64,000 nt of DNA, taken from Sphingomonas sp. (lineage in GTDB: Bacteria; Pseudomonadota; Alphaproteobacteria; Sphingomonadales; Sphingomonadaceae). The notes beneath the pieces are model-generated. The model ran no database searches. It was not told where the DNA came from and saw only the letters and a program-made list of their open reading frames with translations. Made by a program: the position numbers and the translations under genes. The stretch covers positions 14,363 through 78,362 of the forward strand of contig NZ_JBBATX010000001.1 in assembly GCF_040398505.1 (NCBI RefSeq), read 5' to 3'. Positions 56,263 through 64,000 of the stretch are shown in pieces; the first letter of the stretch is position 1; every line of letters starts with the position of its first letter.

Positions 56263-57849
56263 ATGACTGAAATGGTTGGTGATCCGCCCGCCGCACGTGC
56301 GCTATCCGACCGGTTCGGCAGCATTCCAACCGGTGCCAAAGTTTTTCTTATCCTGAGCGCGGCGCTGTTACCGCTTGCGATTATTGCCTTTTTTGCCACG
56401 TTGCAGACGGCTGCGATGGCCGATGATGCAATGCGCGCGCAGATGCGCGTCACCGCCACCGAAAGCGCACGCAAACTGGCGATCGAGCTCGTCGGCGACA
56501 TGACCGCACTCCGCGTGGCGCTCAACGCGCTCGAAGCAGACCCCGCCGACGCGCCCAGTTGCGCCCGCGCACAAGGTGTCTTCGCGCCCCAGGCTGCCGC
56601 CGGCACGCGCTTTTCCATTACCGATTCGCGTGGCCGCATCATCTGTGGACAACAGCTTCCCGTCGCCGCCTGGCCCGCAGAATCGAGCGCCGATGCCCCG
56701 ATCGCGGCGCGGCTGCACCCCGGGCGCGGCTTGACGCTCGCAACTACGAGCACGACCGGCCGGACACGCGCCGCGGCCTTCTTCCCCGCGACCGTGCTCG
56801 CCGCAACCGCGAAGCCGAGCGGCTATGCGCCGCCCTATGAAGCGCGGCTCGCGCTCGACCAGGATGTCCTGTCGCTTAATGAACTTCCGTCCGGCGGTCC
56901 GCTCGAACGCCGTGCGGCGCTCGGTATGGCGATCGGCGTCGGCGATATCATGCTGATGACGCGAGTCCGCAGTGTTCCGATCACCTCTCCCATGCTGGTC
57001 GCGCTGATGCTGCCGATCATCATGTGGGCGGCCGCTGCCGGAATTGCCTGGTTCGTCGTCGATCGCCTGTTGATCCGCCCGCTGCGGCAACTGCGCACCA
57101 GCGTCGCGCATTTCGTGCCGGGCGAAGAAGTCGATCCCGGCACCGTGCGAACGCTGCCCGCGATGGAAATTCGCGATCTCGGCGAGACGTTCCGCGCGAT
57201 CAGCCGCACCGTTGCCGCGCACGAGGCGGGGTTGGCAGACGGGCTGGTCCGCCAGACCAAATTGACCCGTGAAGTCCATCACCGTGTGAAGAACAACCTT
57301 CAGGTCATATCGAGCCTGATCAACTTTCACGCCCGCGCCGCGCGCAGCGTCGAAGCGACCAACGCCTATGCGTCGATCCAGCGGCGCGTCGATGCGCTTG
57401 CGGTCGTCCATCGCAACCATTTTGCCGAACTCGAGGAAAATCGCGGGCTATCGCTGCGCTCGGTGCTGGGCGAACTCGCCTCGAACCTGCGCGCGACCGC
57501 ACCCGATGGTGCGCCGATCGGCATCGCGCTCGACGTCTTGCCGTATCTGGTCAATCAGGACGTCGCGATCGCCATCGCGTTTCTCCTCACCGAAATCGTC
57601 GAACTGGCGATGACCGTCAGCCCGACCGCGCAGGTCCGCATTTCGGTCGGGCCGGACGAGAGCGTCGCGCGCGCTATCTTGCGAGTCAATTCATCGGCGC
57701 TGATCGATGACGACCGGATGCGCACGCTGGTTGCGGAACGCTATGGTCGCGTCATCGAGGGGTTGTCGCGACAGTTGCGGTCGAAACTCCATTATGATCC
57801 GCTGGTCGGCGCCTACGAAATCTCCGTTGCTGTCACCGGATGCGATTGA
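56263..57849 (+). CDS. phyT: Degenerate HisKA_2 kinase, PhyT/PhyP-type phosphotransferase
   Basis: Two TMs, HAMP domain, REVHHRVKNNLQ. The ATPase domain lacks the N-box Asn and G boxes (TEIVELAM, no DxGxG). Directly downstream of nepR. Confidence 0.85.
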   Translation: MTEMVGDPPAARALSDRFGSIPTGAKVFLILSAALLPLAIIAFFATLQTAAMADDAMRAQMRVTATESARKLAIELVGDMTALRVALNALEADPADAPSCARAQGVFAPQAAAGTRFSITDSRGRIICGQQLPVAAWPAESSADAPIAARLHPGRGLTLATTSTTGRTRAAAFFPATVLAATAKPSGYAPPYEARLALDQDVLSLNELPSGGPLERRAALGMAIGVGDIMLMTRVRSVPITSPMLVALMLPIIMWAAAAGIAWFVVDRLLIRPLRQLRTSVAHFVPGEEVDPGTVRTLPAMEIRDLGETFRAISRTVAAHEAGLADGLVRQTKLTREVHHRVKNNLQVISSLINFHARAARSVEATNAYASIQRRVDALAVVHRNHFAELEENRGLSLRSVLGELASNLRATAPDGAPIGIALDVLPYLVNQDVAIAIAFLLTEIVELAMTVSPTAQVRISVGPDESVARAILRVNSSALIDDDRMRTLVAERYGRVIEGLSRQLRSKLHYDPLVGAYEISVAVTGCD

Positions 57850-57895
57850 AGTACAAAATTTTTTAAAAAAAGTTGTCGGAAGTCGCATTTTTGCT

Positions 57896-57920
57896 GGAAC
57901 TGGACGCTGCGAAGACCGTT
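57896..57920 (+). promoter_or_regulatory. EcfG promoter, exact consensus
   Basis: GGAAC-N16-CGTT. Confidence 0.8.
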
Positions 57921-57926
57921 TGATAC

Positions 57927-58024
57927 TTTGGATAGCGAATTTATGCCCCCCCGCTCTCGCTATCCAGAACATGGGCCCGGTCGCACTATCCTCCCCCCCC
58001 GATGGTGCGTCCGGGTCCAATTTT
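57927..58024 (+). ncRNA. Candidate EcfG-dependent sRNA, two hairpins with C-rich loops (GsrN/cuckoo-like)
   Basis: Stem TGGATAGCGA/TCGCTATCCA with loop ATTTATGCCCCCCCGCTC; stem TGGGCCCGG-T-CGCACTATC / GATGGTGCG-T-CCGGGTCCA with loop CTCCCCCCCC; followed by ATTTT. Confidence 0.72.
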
Positions 58025-58075
58025 CGATCAGATGTGAGGACGTGGCAGCGTCAAAGGCCCGACGTTCCGCCACGC

Positions 58076-58100
58076 GGAACGAAGCGGGTGTTCGCGCATT
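58076..58100 (+). promoter_or_regulatory. EcfG-type promoter for the entericidin gene
   Basis: GGAAC-N16-CATT, 53 nt before the ATG. Confidence 0.65.
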
Positions 58101-58153
58101 GGACAGGCAGTGCGATCGACCTCGATCTGCGCGCCTCTCTCAGGAGCTATGCC

Positions 58154-58288
58154 ATGCGTAAGATCACGACCGTCGTCCTCGCCGCCGCAACCCTGCTGAT
58201 CGCCGCCTGCAATACCGTAGAAGGCGTTGGCAAGGATGTGCGGTCGGCCGGTGATACCGTCGCCAAGTCGGCCGACGGCGCGAAATAA
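58154..58288 (+). CDS. Entericidin A/B family lipoprotein
   Basis: AGGAG RBS; LIAACNTVEGVGKDVRSAG. Confidence 0.93.
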   Translation: MRKITTVVLAAATLLIAACNTVEGVGKDVRSAGDTVAKSADGAK

Positions 58289-58309
58289 GCTGCCGGAATT
58301 GGGATAACG

Positions 58310-58345
58310 AAAAGAGCCGCTCCGGGTCGCCGGGGCGGCTTTTTT
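58310..58345. terminator. Bidirectional intrinsic terminator
   Basis: aaaagagccgctccgg-gtcg-ccggggcggctttttt between the convergent entericidin and tatC genes. Confidence 0.85.
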
Positions 58346-58349
58346 GCGA

Positions 58350-59129
58350 TCAGCTTTCGATCAGATCGGTCGATTCGTCCTTCACGCGCTTGCGCTCGGT
58401 GAACCAGATCGCGATCAGCGCGAGCTCATAAAGCGCGACCAACGGGACCGCGAGCATGATCATCGATCCCGCATCGGGCGGCGCCAGCACCAGTGCAACC
58501 GCGAAACACCCGACGATCGCGTAGCGCCGTCCCGCGACGAGCTGCTTGCGTGACACCAGCCCGGCACGCTCGACCAGCATCAGCAGGATCGGCAGAAGGA
58601 AGGCGATGCCGAACGCGAACAGGAATTGCATCACGAAATCGAGATAGCTCGCGACCGAGGTCAGCGCCTCTTGCTCGACCCCGCCAAGGCTCCCCTGAAA
58701 GCTCAGGAAGAATTTCAGCGCCGACGGAATCGCCACGAAATACGCCATCAGCGCGCCGATCGTGAACAAGACCGGTGTCGCGAAGAGAAACGGCAGCAGC
58801 GCGCGCTTTTCCTTGCGGTACAGGCCGGGTGATACAAAGCCCCAAAGCTGGTTGGCGATGATCGGAAACGAAATCATCAATGCCGCAAACAAAGCGACCT
58901 TCAACTGCACGAAGAAACCGTCGAACACGCCAATCGTCACGATCCGCTTCTGCCCCGCCTCGAGCAGCGGGTGGACCAGCACCGTGAAAATCTCGCGCGA
59001 ATAAAAATAGGTGCCGATCAAGGTGATGAACACCGACACGATGCAAAAAAACAACCGCTTGCGCAGCTCGACCAGGTGATCGAGCAACGGGGCGCGGCTG
59101 GCATCAAGGTCGTCCACCGGTGCGTTCAC
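58350..59129 (-). CDS. tatC: Twin-arginine translocase TatC
   Basis: PLLDHLVELRKRL, LWGFVSPGLY..E, FGIAFLLP, PPD, LYE. Confidence 0.97.
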   Translation of the reverse strand: MNAPVDDLDASRAPLLDHLVELRKRLFFCIVSVFITLIGTYFYSREIFTVLVHPLLEAGQKRIVTIGVFDGFFVQLKVALFAALMISFPIIANQLWGFVSPGLYRKEKRALLPFLFATPVLFTIGALMAYFVAIPSALKFFLSFQGSLGGVEQEALTSVASYLDFVMQFLFAFGIAFLLPILLMLVERAGLVSRKQLVAGRRYAIVGCFAVALVLAPPDAGSMIMLAVPLVALYELALIAIWFTERKRVKDESTDLIES

Positions 59130-59515
59130 GAGTGCGTACCGGTTGCGGGTTTGGGCTGATCGGCATCGGCCGTTTCAGGCGACGTCACGACAGGCTGCTC
59201 GACCAGGATCGCTGGTGCATCCTCGGCCTCATGCGCTTCGCCAGGCGGGCCTGCCATCGGCAACATCTGCACCGGTTCAGGCGGATGTTCGCGCATGATC
59301 CGCGCGTTTTCCGCCGCCCATTTCTTTTCCATCTCCTGCAATTCGGATTCGCGCAGCATCGTGTCGAAGCCCGATCGGAACTGGTTGGCGACGCCGCGCA
59401 CCTTGCCGATCCAATGCCCGGCCACGCGCATCGCCTTGGGCAAGTCCTTCGGCGGGATGACAAGCAGGGCCACGACCCCGAGCAGGATCACCTCGGAGGA
59501 TGCGACGTCGAACAT
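59126..59515 (-). CDS. tatB: Twin-arginine translocase TatB
   Basis: MFDVASSEVILLGVVALLVIPPKDLP. Confidence 0.94.
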   Translation of the reverse strand: MFDVASSEVILLGVVALLVIPPKDLPKAMRVAGHWIGKVRGVANQFRSGFDTMLRESELQEMEKKWAAENARIMREHPPEPVQMLPMAGPPGEAHEAEDAPAILVEQPVVTSPETADADQPKPATGTHS

Positions 59516-59534
59516 GGCTGTCCCTTGGCCGGAC

Positions 59535-59771
59535 TCAGATTTCGTGGTCGCGGATGCGGTTGCCGTCGCGGTCGAACACCGGCTCAGCCGCTGCCTTGGC
59601 GTCGATCCGGCTCGGCTCGCGTTTCGGCTCGTCGTCCTCGGCCATGCCCTTCTTGAAGGATTTGATGCCCTTGGCGACATCGCCCATCATGTTCGAAAAC
59701 CGGCCGCCACCCAGGACGAGGATCGCGATCCCGCCGAAGATCAGCCAGTGTACGAGACTAAAACCACCCAT
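59535..59771 (-). CDS. tatA: Twin-arginine translocase TatA
   Basis: AGGAG RBS; MGGFSLVHWLI..GGGRFSNMMGDVAKGIKSFKKGM. Confidence 0.95.
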   Translation of the reverse strand: MGGFSLVHWLIFGGIAILVLGGGRFSNMMGDVAKGIKSFKKGMAEDDEPKREPSRIDAKAAAEPVFDRDGNRIRDHEI

Positions 59772-59797
59772 GATCAATCTCCTGATATGTTCTGCAT

Positions 59798-60409
59798 CTA
59801 GTGCGTCCCGTCGGAAACTTCCACCTCCGCGTCGCCATCTTCCGTCGCATCGGCATCCCAATCGGTCCGCGCGAAGGCGAGATCGACCGGATCGAGCAGC
59901 CCTGCCGCCCGCAAATCGTCGATCCCCGGCAAGTCGCGCCGGCTGGCCAACCCGAAATGCGCAAGGAACGCGGGCGTCGTCGCATAGAGCAACGGTCGCC
60001 CCGGCACCTCGCGCCGTCCGGCGGGGCGGATCCACCCGGCTTCCATCAATACGTCCAGCGTGCCTCTAGAGATGCCGACGCCGCGAATTGCCTCGATCTC
60101 GGCGCGAGTCGCAGGTTCGTGATAGGCGATGATCGCCAGCGTCTCGATCCCGGCGCGGCTCAGCTTGCGCGCTTCCTCATGGTCGCGCCGCAGCAAATGC
60201 GCCATGTCGGCGGCGGTCTGGAAATGCCAGTGGTCGCCGCGCTTGACCAGCTCGATCCCGCGCCCGGCATAATCGGCCTGCAACGCCGCCAGCGCCGCAC
60301 GCACCTCCGCCCCATTCAGATGCGTGCGAATCGCCTCGGCCGTCATCGGCTCGGTCGCGGCAAACAGCACCGCTTCAACCGCGCGGGTGATGTCGTCGGG
60401 CGGGTTCAT
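59798..60409 (-). CDS. scpB: SMC-Scp complex subunit ScpB
   Basis: VEAVLFA, LSRAGIETLAIIAYHEPATRAEIEAIRGV, PGRPLLYATT, DLP. Confidence 0.96.
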   Translation of the reverse strand: MNPPDDITRAVEAVLFAATEPMTAEAIRTHLNGAEVRAALAALQADYAGRGIELVKRGDHWHFQTAADMAHLLRRDHEEARKLSRAGIETLAIIAYHEPATRAEIEAIRGVGISRGTLDVLMEAGWIRPAGRREVPGRPLLYATTPAFLAHFGLASRRDLPGIDDLRAAGLLDPVDLAFARTDWDADATEDGDAEVEVSDGTH

Positions 60410-61134
60410 GCCGGCGCGCGCAGATAGAGCGGCGCGAAGGGCGATTTTTGCCGCAGCTCGACCTTGCCTTGTCGCGCGAGTTCGAGCGCGGCGACGAAAC
60501 TCGACGCGAGCGCCGATTTGCGAAACGCGCCGGTTGCTGACTCGGGCAGGAAATGCTCGATCACCGCCCACTCCACCGTCACGCCCAGCAAGCGTGACAC
60601 GCGCTCCAGCGCCGCCTCCAGCGTCATCACTGCCCGCTGCGCGACGACGTGCATCACCGGCCGCGTGCGCGCGGTGATGACGCCGTACGCCGCGATCAGA
60701 TCGTAGATTTCGGCCTGCCACACCGCCTTGCGCTGCGTCCGCAGCCCCTCCGGCGCGCCGCGCGAGAACACGTCGCGCCCGACGCGGTCGCGCGCGATCA
60801 GCCGCGCCCCCGCCTCGCGCATCGCGTTCAGCCGTTCGAGCCGGAGTTGCAGCCGCAATGCCAACTCCTCGGGGCTCGGCTCGATCTCGGGGTCGCGTGG
60901 CAGCAGTAGGCCCGATTTGAGATAGGCCAGCCACGCCGCCATCACGAGATAATCCGCCGCCAGCTCGAGCTTGATTGCGCGCGCCTGCTCGACGAACTGC
61001 AGATATTGGTCGACCAGCGCGAGGATCGAGATCGCCTTGAGATCGACCTTCTGGCTCCGCGCCAGCGTCAGCAGCACATCGAGCGGGCCTTCCCAGCCGT
61101 CGAGATCGATCGTGAGGGTTTCGGGATCATTCAT
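60406..61134 (-). CDS. scpA: Segregation and condensation protein ScpA
   Basis: WEGPLDVLL.LAR.QKVDL, AADYLVMAAWLAYLKS, F.AALELAR. Confidence 0.96.
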   Translation of the reverse strand: MNDPETLTIDLDGWEGPLDVLLTLARSQKVDLKAISILALVDQYLQFVEQARAIKLELAADYLVMAAWLAYLKSGLLLPRDPEIEPSPEELALRLQLRLERLNAMREAGARLIARDRVGRDVFSRGAPEGLRTQRKAVWQAEIYDLIAAYGVITARTRPVMHVVAQRAVMTLEAALERVSRLLGVTVEWAVIEHFLPESATGAFRKSALASSFVAALELARQGKVELRQKSPFAPLYLRAPA

Positions 61135-61148
61135 AAGACAACGCTAGC

Positions 61149-61305
61149 AAATCCTCCCAGCGCAGGGGAGCGCCATTTAAATCCTCCCCCGGGAACCGGG
61201 GGAGGGGGGGAGCAACAGCAGTTGTTTCGCCCAGCCCAGCCCCCTCCACCATTTTGCTGAAGAAGCAAAATGGTCCCCCTCCCCCGCTTCGCGAGGGAGG
61301 ATTTA
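61149..61305. repeat. Family C-like repeat (AAATCCTCCC..GGGAGGATTT) with duplicated left end
   Basis: aaatcctccc at 61149 and 61179; internal hairpin accattttgct-gaaga-agcaaaatggt; terminal gggaggattta contains the nagZ stop codon. Confidence 0.8.
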
Positions 61306-62310
61306 GACGAGCCCCAGCAACTGATCCCGCTTCTCGATCAACGCCGCCAAATCCCCGCTCGGCAGCACGCCTGCCACCGTCGCCATCGCCCGCTCCAGCC
61401 GCGCGCGCGACGCCGCCGACATTTCGCCCAGCCGGTCGGCAATGTCCGCCATCTCGTCCATCCGCGCCCAACAATCGAGCACCAGATCGCACCCCGCTGC
61501 AATCGCGCCCGCCGCTTTGTCGCCCGCGGTGCCGCTCAGCGCCTTCATGTCGATGTCATCGGTCATCAACAGCCCGTCAAAGCCGATCCGCTGGCGGATG
61601 ATCTGCTCGATCACCACTGGCGACAGCGTCGCGGGCCGATCCTTGTCCCACGCCTCGAACACGATGTGCGAGGTCATCCCCATCGGCGCGTCCTTGAGGC
61701 TCGCGAACGGGCGCAGGTCGATCGCGAGTTCGGCGTCGGACGCGGTCACCGTCGGCAAATAATAATGCGTATCGACCTTCGCCCGCCCATGCCCCGGCAT
61801 GTGCTTGACCACGCCGACCACGCCGCCACGCCGTAACCCGTCAAGGATCGCACGACCCATCGCCGCCACGCGCAGCGGCTCCGACCCGAGCGCCCGCGTC
61901 GAAATCGCCTCGGTCGTGTCGGGTTGCGCCACGTCGAGCAAGGGTAAACAATCGACGTTGATCCCGACCTCGCTCAGCATCAAGGCGATCGCCTCGGCAT
62001 TGGCACGTACCGCCTCGATCGCCGACATCGGTGCCAGCTCGTACAGCGCGTCGAACGCCGGCCCCGCCGGAAAAGCCGGCCATTCGGGCGGCCCCATCCG
62101 CGCGACGCGCCCGCCCTCCTGGTCGATCAGGATCGGCACATCATCACGCCCCGACAGCGCGCGCAAGCTGTCGGTCAGCGCGCGGACTTGCGCGCGGTTC
62201 TCGATATTGCGCTTGAACAGGATGTAGCCAGCCGGTTCCACCGCGGCGAAGAACGCGGTTTCTTCAGGAGCGAGGATCGGGCCGGACAGGCCGAAAATGA
62301 CGGGCTTCAT
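61303..62310 (-). CDS. nagZ: Beta-N-acetylhexosaminidase
   Basis: ILFKRN, DQEGGRV, KHMPGHG....DTH, MTSH, TDD..M. Confidence 0.95.
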   Translation of the reverse strand: MKPVIFGLSGPILAPEETAFFAAVEPAGYILFKRNIENRAQVRALTDSLRALSGRDDVPILIDQEGGRVARMGPPEWPAFPAGPAFDALYELAPMSAIEAVRANAEAIALMLSEVGINVDCLPLLDVAQPDTTEAISTRALGSEPLRVAAMGRAILDGLRRGGVVGVVKHMPGHGRAKVDTHYYLPTVTASDAELAIDLRPFASLKDAPMGMTSHIVFEAWDKDRPATLSPVVIEQIIRQRIGFDGLLMTDDIDMKALSGTAGDKAAGAIAAGCDLVLDCWARMDEMADIADRLGEMSAASRARLERAMATVAGVLPSGDLAALIEKRDQLLGLV

Positions 62311-62318
62311 GCTAACTT

Positions 62319-62423
62319 TCCTCCCCTCCCTGCAAGGGAGGGGTTGGGGGTGGGTTCGTTCCCGCAAGCTTCAGGCTTGTTGAGAGCACCCCACCCCTAG
62401 CCCCTCCCTTCCAGGGAGGGGAA
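62319..62423. repeat. Family C repeat
   Basis: cccctccctgcaagggaggggttgggggtggg ... cccacccctagcccctcccttccagggagggg. Confidence 0.88.
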
Positions 62424-62434
62424 GCGTTTCGTCA

Positions 62435-63112
62435 TCAGCTCCGCGGAACGAAGCACGCTTGCCCGGCCGCCGCCAGCTTCGCGCACAGGCTCGTCGCCGC
62501 ACCCGCACCACCGGCATTGACGCGCAGCCGGTATACCGTCTGGCCATTCACCTGCGCCGCCTGCACCGATTTCCCCATCGGCGCGAGATACGCGTATGTC
62601 TTCGAAAGCGTCGCCCAGCTGGCATCGGCCTCGCGCTCGCTGCCGAACGATCCCAACTGCACCACCGCCCCGCCCGATGCAGCCGCCGCCGTCGACGGAA
62701 TCGCCGCAACAACCTTGCTGGTGCCTGCGTCGACCTTGGTCGGTTCAACCTTCTTGCCTGCGATCGGTGCTTCGGGCGCCGCTTTCAGGTCGATCGCCGC
62801 GTTGCTCATCCCGGCACCGTCGCTGGTCGCGATCGCAGTGTCGCCCTCGCCTTCGACCTTCAGGCCGCCGGGATCATCGGGCTTGACCTTGTAATCACCG
62901 TCCTGCGCCGTGATCAGCGCGCCATTGCCGTCCACGCCCTGATGCTTCTTATAATATTGGTAGCCGAAGATCGCCCCCGCGACGATCGCGAGGGCAAGCA
63001 CGACGAGCAGTACGATCCGCAGGACCGACGGGCCGTCATCATAATCGTCCTCGACCGTTTCCAGCCACGGAAGGCGATCTTCATCGCGCATTTCATATTC
63101 CCCCGTCGCCAT
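62435..63112 (-). CDS. SPOR domain membrane protein (FtsN-like position between argS and nagZ)
   Basis: EDRLPWLE, single TM helix, YKVKPDDPGG, C-terminal VQLGSF..YRLR..C..C. Confidence 0.9.
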   Translation of the reverse strand: MATGEYEMRDEDRLPWLETVEDDYDDGPSVLRIVLLVVLALAIVAGAIFGYQYYKKHQGVDGNGALITAQDGDYKVKPDDPGGLKVEGEGDTAIATSDGAGMSNAAIDLKAAPEAPIAGKKVEPTKVDAGTSKVVAAIPSTAAAASGGAVVQLGSFGSEREADASWATLSKTYAYLAPMGKSVQAAQVNGQTVYRLRVNAGGAGAATSLCAKLAAAGQACFVPRS

Positions 63113-64000
63113 CAGTTCATCTCCTGGACCGCCTGGACGCCCATAATGCCCAAACCATTGCGGATAATCTGCGCGAGCGCATCCGCCAAGAACAGCCGCG
63201 CGCCCGTAAGCGCCGGGTTGTCGGGTAGCAGAAAACGCCGTTCGGGTCGATCATTCCCGACGTTCCACAGCGCGTGGAGTGACGCTGCCAAGTCATAGAG
63301 ATAGAACGCAATTCGGTGCGGCTCGCGGGCGGCCGCCGCGGTATCGACGATGCGCGGGAACTGCGCGGCCAGCTTCACCAGCGCCAGATCCTCCGTATCA
63401 AGCTGGGACAGGTCGACCACGTCACAGACGATTCCCGCCTCCGCCGCGCGCCGGTGCAGCGACGCGACGCGCGCGTGCGCGTAATTGACGTAGAACACCG
63501 GATTGTCCTTCGACGCCTCGACCACCTTGGCGAAATCGAAATCCATTTGCGCGTCGGCCTTGCGCGTCAGCATCGTGAAGCGCACGACATCCTTGCCGAC
63601 TTCGCGCACGACATCGGCGAGGGTGACGAAATTGCCCGCGCGCTTCGACATCTTGATCGGCTCGCCATTGCGCATCAGCCGCACCATCTGCACCAGCTTG
63701 ACGTCGAAGCGCGTCTTGCCCCCGGTCAGCGCCGCCACCGCCGCGACGATCCGCTTGACCGTCCCAGCATGATCCGCGCCCCAAATGTCGATCAGCGCGT
63801 CCGCCGTTTGCGCCTTCTGATAATGGTAGGCGAGGTCGGCCCCGAAATAGGTCCATTGCCCGTTCGATTTCTTGATCGGCCGATCCTGGTCATCGCCGAA
63901 CTGGGTCGAGCGGAACAGCGGCAGCACGACCGGCTCCCAATCCTCGAGTTCCTGCCCCTTGGGCGCTTCGAGCAGCCCGTCATAGATGAGGCCGCGCGCG
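63112..64000 (-). CDS. argS: Arginine--tRNA ligase, C-terminal part (starts beyond the right window edge)
   Basis: TYFGADLAYH, WGADHAG, KMSKRAG, DNPVFYVNYAHAR, EPHRIAFYL. Confidence 0.97.
   Translation of the reverse strand, partial: ARGLIYDGLLEAPKGQELEDWEPVVLPLFRSTQFGDDQDRPIKKSNGQWTYFGADLAYHYQKAQTADALIDIWGADHAGTVKRIVAAVAALTGGKTRFDVKLVQMVRLMRNGEPIKMSKRAGNFVTLADVVREVGKDVVRFTMLTRKADAQMDFDFAKVVEASKDNPVFYVNYAHARVASLHRRAAEAGIVCDVVDLSQLDTEDLALVKLAAQFPRIVDTAAAAREPHRIAFYLYDLAASLHALWNVGNDRPERRFLLPDNPALTGARLFLADALAQIIRNGLGIMGVQAVQEMN

Noticed and set aside
57928-58161. 77-aa ORF downstream of the EcfG promoter at 57896
   Set aside because: TTG start buried in a perfect stem, no RBS and no protein-like features; the paired hairpins and U tract fit an sRNA better, although a leaderless peptide is not formally excluded.
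1-64000. tRNA, rRNA, prophage, intact IS or defence island
   Set aside because: No cloverleaf or rRNA-like segments, phage genes, transposases or integrases were recognised; gene content is largely core.

Overview
High-GC chromosomal window of a sphingomonad alphaproteobacterium, most likely Sphingomonas (inferred from spt, phyR-nepR-phyT, gcrA and the repeat families). It is mostly core genome: RND pump (partial), gcrA, parE, apaG, metZ, leuB, recO, selO, astD, a cobA-cysI-cysH sulfate assimilation operon, obgE, proB, xth, erpA, bcp, glnE, tatABC, scpAB, nagZ and argS (partial). Two loci stand out. (1) A sphingolipid locus at 37.3-46.8 kb: ceramide reductase-like SDR, ACP, serine palmitoyltransferase, an embedded hybrid histidine kinase, LptF/LptG, a desaturase/hydroxylase and a ceramide synthase-like GNAT. 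(2) The general stress response locus at 53.8-58.3 kb: ecfG, phyR, nepR, phyT/phyP and entericidin. The second locus also carries elements a standard annotation would likely miss: a ~100 nt two-hairpin RNA with C-rich loops behind an exact EcfG promoter (GsrN/cuckoo-like sRNA candidate, my top finding), a second NepR-like peptide, and a fully overlapping bidirectional EcfG promoter. Also seen: a sul1-like structured leader before a YdcH/Bax inhibitor-1 pair, an FkbH-like gene interrupted by an in-frame amber codon, a PMT-type glycosyltransferase paired with a GT2-GtrA enzyme, a possible IS110 end fragment, many apparently leaderless genes, and four families of palindromic intergenic repeats. 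I found no rRNA, tRNA, CRISPR array or intact transposase. All family assignments come from motif recognition by eye; no database searches were run.
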